DNA of 6,313 nucleotides from a virus (Duplodnaviria; Heunggongvirae; Uroviricota; Caudoviricetes): IMG/VR virus record IMGVR_UViG_2700989519_000005; one strand, 5' to 3'. Shown piece by piece: positions 5,358 to 6,313 of this stretch (position 1 is its first letter; each line of letters starts with the position of its first letter). The notes under the pieces were generated by a model. It saw only the letters and a program-made list of their open reading frames with translations, ran no database searches and was not told where the DNA came from. The position numbers and the translations under genes were made by a program.

Positions 5358-6232
5358 GCAGCCACACCTCTGATACGAGAACGGTAACTGGGCCAGTTAA
5401 ACGACAACCAGTTGCGTCCCCCGTCTGTGATCCTGTCGGCAATTCGGGGACTGATGAACGCCCACAACTCTTCCGGTGAGAGGTTACTGATCAGAATGGT
5501 GGGCAAGATACTTTCGTACCTGGCGTTGATAATTTCCTGCAAAATAGCCATTTCAGCCGCGCTGCCAAACTGAACGCCAACTTCGTCGATGATCAGCAAA
5601 TCCATTGACGCATAACGCTCAATAACTTCATCCGCTGTTTTTTCGCTGTCATTCCGCCAGCAATTTTTCACAGCACGGGTAAGGCGCATCACGTCGGTGA
5701 TCTCCACACTGGCCAGATAGTTACGGATGATGTGTTTTGCCATAGCCACAGCCAGATGATTTTTTCCGGTACCACAACTGCCGGTCATAACAAGACTGGT
5801 ACCGTTCTCCAGCATATCTGGCCAGTTCTCCGCATAGCGGCGACAGGCCGCAAGATTTCTGGCTGCGCCAGGATTAACCTCCAGATAATTATCAAACTCG
5901 CAGTCCCGAAAACGCAGGGCAATTCCGGCGTTATCAGTCAGCTCTTCCGCCTTGATGGACGACAGCTCCATGGTCAAATCGTTGGCCTCAGCGATTAAGC
6001 AGTCAGGGCAGCATGAAATTTCTTCTCTGTCCTCGCCATTACGATCGCTCCACACCAGTATATGCGTGTGATATTCGCCATGTTTTTCGCAATATCCGCG
6101 ACCTTCACGCATCAGGCAGGAACGATAAGGCCATGGCTTTTCGCCCTTCTGAGCAAATGCAATCTCTGCCCGTAACTCATCCATTCGCGCCTGTAGTCTT
6201 TTTTGTTGTTCACGCAGGTTAAACGTCATCAT
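5354..6232 (-). CDS. DnaC-like AAA+ helicase loader with a Cys/His-rich N-terminal domain
   Basis: The C-terminal half has Walker A GSCGTGKNHLAVAMA, Walker B LLIIDEVGVQ and the DnaC-like tail SFNWPSYRSR (compare E. coli DnaC GTGKNHLAAAI ... IDEIGVQ ... FNWDSYRSR). The N-terminus carries CEKHGEYHTH...SCCPDC. Most likely start is ATG 6230-6232 with SD GAGGTG 6 nt upstream; the track's first codon at 6239-6241 is GTG inside that SD. Confidence 0.85.
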   Translation of the reverse strand: MMTFNLREQQKRLQARMDELRAEIAFAQKGEKPWPYRSCLMREGRGYCEKHGEYHTHILVWSDRNGEDREEISCCPDCLIAEANDLTMELSSIKAEELTDNAGIALRFRDCEFDNYLEVNPGAARNLAACRRYAENWPDMLENGTSLVMTGSCGTGKNHLAVAMAKHIIRNYLASVEITDVMRLTRAVKNCWRNDSEKTADEVIERYASMDLLIIDEVGVQFGSAAEMAILQEIINARYESILPTILISNLSPEELWAFISPRIADRITDGGRNWLSFNWPSYRSRIRGVAA

Positions 6233-6252
6233 CGCTGTCACCTCAGAATGTC

Positions 6253-6313
6253 TGAAGTGGTCAACAAAAACTGGCCACCGAGTTAGAGTTTTTCCAGTAT
6301 CGATTTTCCGATT
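6253..6313 (+). mobile_element. Probable IS3-family terminal inverted repeat (left end of an element continuing beyond the window)
   Basis: Plus strand from 6253 reads TGAAGTGGTCAACAAAAACTGGCCACCGAGTTAGAGTTTTTCCAG. It has the 5'-TGA terminus and general look of an IS3-family (IS911-like, by recollection) IR, and starts only 20 nt upstream of the dnaC-like start. Only 61 bp are visible and no transposase ORF is in the window. Confidence 0.45.

Noticed and set aside
5732-6222. Plus-strand ORFs 5732-5998 and 6013-6222
   Set aside because: Antisense to the DnaC-like gene; shadow ORFs.

Overview
The window reads as a fragment of a lambdoid (phage 21 / DLP12-type) prophage with every gene on the minus strand, bounded at both edges by IS3-family insertion-sequence DNA. 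In transcription order (high to low coordinate) it carries: an IS3-family terminal inverted repeat at the right edge (6253-6313); a DnaC-like helicase loader and a DnaB-like replicative helicase; a small helical ORF; NinH; a Q antiterminator of the QuuD/phage-21 type; a short Q-to-terminator interval with a strong intrinsic terminator (tR'-like); a tightly packed four-tRNA array (Ile2/CAU, Arg/UCU, Thr/UGU, Gly/UCC); a ~290 bp structured non-coding spacer; an S21-type pinholin with the classic dual-start motif; an unrecognised 209-aa ORF sitting between holin and endolysin; a SAR endolysin; and Rz/Rz1 spanins whose 3' ends run into an IS3-family element. That IS is itself truncated inside orfA and joined to about 110 nt of 23S rRNA 3'-region sequence at the left edge. 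The most interesting candidate for something undescribed is the 209-aa ORF, translationally coupled to the holin inside the lysis cassette; I recognise no family for it. All family assignments rest on my reading of the translated sequences and recollection of reference proteins; no database search was run. IS and rRNA junctions are also classic sites of assembly chimeras, so the left-edge junctions need read-level confirmation.
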